From: a virus
IMG/VR virus record: IMGVR_UViG_3300027881_002280
Length of the DNA: 33,415 nt
Reading direction: 5' to 3' (one strand)
Notes under the pieces: generated by a model
Told to the model about the DNA's origin: nothing
The model's input: only the letters and a program-made list of their open reading frames with translations
Database searches by the model: none
Translations under genes and position numbers: made by a program
Shown: piece after piece, positions 33,056 through 33,415 of the stretch
Layout: each line of letters begins with the position of its first letter
Numbering within the stretch: the stretch's first letter is position 1

Positions 33056-33415
33056 ATGAATGGAGAAGACAAAGCAGTTATGATGCTCGTTGTGTTTGCG
33101 GTGGTTGCGGGGTTCTTTGCCGGTGCCTTGCTTGTTGACATGAACGACGATATTGGTGAGAAACACAACACTCTCATCACGTTTGAAAATGAGGCTGCGA
33201 ACGCTACCATTGGAGAGATATATGTCATGGATGGAGGTCAGTGGGACCTTTTACTCGTGACGGTAGATGCCAATGCCAGCACAACGGTGAAGGTGACGTG
33301 GTACGGTGACCACGACAAGGTGACAGTGTTCGCAGTGTTCGACTACGATGGTTATGAGACCATCTTCAGGTACGAACTACAGGAGAACGAGTACAGGACG
33401 GTGTTCTTGGTATGA
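33056..33415 (+). CDS. Membrane-anchored/secreted hypothetical protein
   Basis: N-terminal TM MMLVVFAVVAGFFAGALLV followed by a beta-rich domain. Confidence 0.7.
   Translation: MNGEDKAVMMLVVFAVVAGFFAGALLVDMNDDIGEKHNTLITFENEAANATIGEIYVMDGGQWDLLLVTVDANASTTVKVTWYGDHDKVTVFAVFDYDGYETIFRYELQENEYRTVFLV

Overview
The window looks like the replication, nucleotide-metabolism and translation part of an archaeal tailed-virus-like or plasmid-like genome. Evidence for this assignment: a family B DNA polymerase with exo and pol motifs, an archaeal PriS-like primase, an AAA+ ATPase, a winged-helix calcineurin-like phosphoesterase, TATA-type promoters at leaderless spacing, and a tRNA-Leu whose intron sits in a textbook bulge-helix-bulge at 37/38. 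Two parts stand out. (1) An apparent ubiquitin-like conjugation cassette at about 8.6-13.7 kb: a candidate Ubl, a JAB/JAMM-like protein with an altered metal motif, an acidic protein, an E1/ThiF enzyme with a catalytic-Cys-like site, and an ~800-aa protein carrying an E2-like 'HPNV...G.C.G' motif. (2) A dense array at 28.1-33.1 kb of 23 recognisable tRNA genes covering 19 amino acids (Asn not found). It also contains an apparently circularly permuted tRNA, a tRNA-like element whose anticodon loop is replaced by a GNRA tetraloop, tRNA-Arg(ACG), tRNA-Ile(TAT), and at least four small CDSs whose 3' ends run into tRNA genes. Other observations are many tiny Cys-rich proteins, repeated absence of ATG/GTG/TTG starts where ATC/ATA/CTG would fit, PolB overlapping a zinc-ribbon ORF, and a sharp compositional boundary at the left end with a long minus-strand ORF missing from the supplied track. 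All family calls come from motif recognition by eye; no searches were run.
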